In this document: positions 61,377-64,000 of the stretch, one piece after another
Numbering within the stretch: position 1 is the stretch's first letter
Layout of the letters: each line of letters begins with the position of its first letter
Assembly: GCF_041146345.1 (NCBI RefSeq)
Contig: NW_027191402.1
Location: 868,001-932,000, forward strand
From: Neodothiora populina
Lineage: Eukaryota
Length of the DNA stretch: 64,000 nucleotides
Direction of reading: 5' to 3'
The notes under the pieces: model-generated
Told to the model about the DNA's origin: nothing
What the model saw: only the letters and a program-made list of their open reading frames with translations
The model's database searches: none
Made by a program: the position numbers and the translations under genes

Positions 61377-63190
61377 CTACCGGCTAGGGGAGACAAGACC
61401 AGACTCAAGTCTCTCGACCGCCTCACCCCTGTCTTGCTTTTCTGTTGTTACGCCCAGGACGTCCGGATTCTCATCTTGAAGGCGTTTGAAGTTTGCTTCA
61501 GCATCCCAGACCCAAGGGGACTCCGCGGCGAAAAGGTAATCAATCTGCTCCAACGACCTTTGATTCGTCTCCGGATATAGGCAGTATACCATGGGAATGG
61601 CAAAGATATTGCATGCCCCAAAGATGTAGAAGGTCTTCTCCCCGATACTATCGAACATAACTGGACAAAGCAAGGTGAGCCAGCCGTTGCCTATCGACCA
61701 GCCAACAACACCCCATGCATTCCCCTTTGCTCTGACTTGCAAAGGAAAAATCTCTGCCGGTAAGAGCCAGGGCACAGTCAACCATGTGGCTCCGAATACA
61801 GCGGTGTAGATGAAGACAAAACTGGCCGCTGCTGCTCCGTACGAGGCTGCCAATGATGTGTTCCCAGCTGCAGTTGCATTCAGGCCACCTCGAGACATGC
61901 CGCCGACCAGGAACATGCTGATTCCCTGACCCACAGCACCCCAGTAGAGTGTCCATCTTCTCCCGATGCGATCGAGTGTGAAGACGCAGATCAGTGTCGC
62001 AAACATGTAGGTAATGTCATTCAGACCAGAAAGCCATCCCGATTTTTGCGAATCGTATCCTGCAATGCCGAAGATTGCTAGTATGGTCAGCATAACACAT
62101 GTGATGCTCTTGCAACGTTAAGCAACTCACTAGGTGCGTATACGGTTACGCCCGCGATACCGACCCACTAATTCATGGTGTCAGTGAGGTTCAGACACGT
62201 GTCGTTGGATGAGAGAGTCAACTTTACCTCTTGGATGATCTGCAACCAAATGACGAGTTGTACTCTCCTTCCCGTGTGCAGCTTCCCTGAGCTACCCAAA
62301 TCGAAGAACATTTTCCAGTAGCTGTTTTGGTCTGACGTATCTTTCTCGAGAGCGATTACATTCTCGATCTCACGAAACTCCTTCTGGGCCCTAGCGCCAC
62401 CGTCTTCTTCACCACGCAAGCGACCAAGTATATATCTCGCCTCTTCAGTTCTGCCTACTTTTGCCAACCATCTCGGAGACTCGGGGAAGAACCAAATGGA
62501 CCCGAAGAGGAGCAAAAGAGGGATGATCTGGAAAGCTATAGGGAATCGCCATTGAAAGGGACCAGCACCGTCATCGATGAAGCTGAGACCAAACTCCAGC
62601 CAGTATGCAACTGCCACACCGAAGATATTGAGAGTGAACTCGATTGCAACGAACTGACCTCTGGAGGTATGCTCGGCAGTCTCAGTTGCCCAAACTGGAA
62701 CGATGGAGTTCAGGATGCCCGTGCCGATACCGTTCACTGCTCGAGCGCAGATCATCCAGTTGTGGTTCTGCGCCGAACATTGCAAGGCAGCTCCGAGAAT
62801 CGCCCAGATGGCACCCAGGGCAATTGTCTTGATACGACCCTGCTTATCACCAACAAAGCCACCGAGAAACGCACCGAAGAGAGTACCCAGATAGTAGACG
62901 GCTACAATTCCTCCTTGCAGCAGCGAATCAGTAACGACCACTGTCTTCGTCTCCTGGTTACGATAGCCGAATCCCATCAGCTCGGCATAGTCAGCACTAG
63001 TGTTGACACCACCCTTTGACATTTGTTAGCTCTGCTTTACGGTTCGATGTCTCTTGTCTCGCGAACTCACCATCATTCCTTGGTCGTAGCCGAAGAAGAA
63101 GATTGACAAGGCGCATGCGCAATTGATGGCAAAGAGCAGTTTGCGCTTTTCGAATTTGGAAGCTATGCGCCATCCTTGCATTTGATGCAT
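61377..63190 (-). CDS. MFS sugar porter (STL1-like), 4 exons
   Basis: IFFFGYDQGMM|GGV, GDKQGR, VPVWATE..SRG, WRFPIAFQ, PESPRWL, LQIIQE|WVGIAGVTVYAP, DRIGRR, PWLLPAEIFPLQVRAKG, YPETNQRSLEQID. Start at ATG 63190 or 63181. Confidence 0.93.
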
Positions 63191-63219
63191 TTCTTTGATT
63201 CTGATCCTTTACCAAGTGC

Positions 63220-63838
63220 GTGGGGTCGGTCGTATTCATGAGCATCTGCAAGCCTGGAGTAACTTTTGAGGGAAGGGAGAGAAAACGACGACCGAGACAT
63301 GTGGAGGATCAGCACGTTAAGTATACATGCACCCTCGGAGCGCGAATGCTCAGGATCGTCACCGAAAACCATGTTGAGCTGCAGAGTTTGGGAGAAATAG
63401 GACCATGCCGACCGTGTCATCGTTGCTCGTTGTGCACCAAATGGCTTACCGGTTCCTGCCTTGCAGCAAACCTATCCCGATCCTGCCAGAAGGGTACGCA
63501 TCAATCAGACCATGCTACTACATCGGACTTTTCTGAGTATGCCGGCATTGCATTTCGGATCAGTCTAGCGGCGCAAATCTACCCTGAGAGACTGTAGCAT
63601 CGCGCCCACGGAAATATGAAATCGGGTGCTACAACGTCCGGGGTACCAGCTGGGGTTAGGTCTGGAGAAAAAGTGGACCTCGATTGCAGATCCTTTCCTA
63701 GGACGTCATGGCCGTTCGATTAAAGACGAGGATAATTGCGAGTCAGCCCGGGTTTTTCGATCGTTGACACACTCATTTCTGCTCATCGATGCCGCATTTG
63801 AGTTTCGGAGAGTGGGAATCGGGGTCCCCTTTCTGGGG
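63220..63838 (+). promoter_or_regulatory. Cluster of SYGGRG (CreA/Mig1-type) sites upstream of the sugar porter
   Basis: GTGGGG 63220, CTGGAG 63254, GTGGAG 63301, CCGGGG 63638, CTGGGG 63650, CTGGAG 63662, CTGGGG 63833. Confidence 0.4.
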
Positions 63839-64000
63839 ACGTCACAGGTGTGATGATGTGTGTTTTAAGGCGGACCGCGTTTTCGTATGCAGTGTCAGTG
63901 ACTGAAGCCATTGGACCAACATTGAATGAATTGATCATTGGGAAATTGCGGTGCCAGTTGCTTGGAGACTGGATATCCTTACGACAATCGGTGTGTGTTT

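Noticed and set aside
1..64000. Search by eye for 5S rRNA, spliceosomal snRNAs, TPP riboswitch, telomeric repeats, transposase/RT/tyrosine-recombinase ORFs and CRISPR-like arrays
   Set aside because: No diagnostic motifs seen. An Infernal/Rfam scan and a TE-library search would be needed to exclude divergent copies.

Overview
Genomic DNA from a filamentous ascomycete (Pezizomycotina; short GT-AG introns with CTRAC branch points, intron-containing tRNAs). From left to right: a disrupted membrane-protein gene (probable pseudogene); tRNA-Cys(GCA); a compact housekeeping block (TFB4, an Rpr2/Snm1-family RNase P/MRP subunit, ZPR1, a taspase-1-like threonine aspartase, ARP3); a gene-poor stretch of about 14 kb holding one intact Zn(II)2Cys6 factor and several decayed ORF relics; an ABCC/MRP transporter; KCS1-type inositol polyphosphate kinase divergent from a kinesin-4-like motor; a membrane-anchored lectin-like beta-propeller protein; an ALKBH1-like dioxygenase; tRNA-Glu(CTC); an omega-class GST (ECM4-like); an SREBP-type bHLH factor; and an MFS sugar porter. 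I found no intact transposon, CRISPR array or biosynthetic cluster, and no clearly novel multi-gene system. The best leads are regulatory or evolutionary: dual in-frame start codons suggesting mitochondrial and cytosolic GST isoforms, an unusual first intron and a structured second intron in the AlkB gene, uORFs overlapping the KCS1 start, an intergenic-enriched TACWGTA palindrome, and two probable HET-domain gene relics. Family assignments come from recognising motifs by eye, not from database searches.
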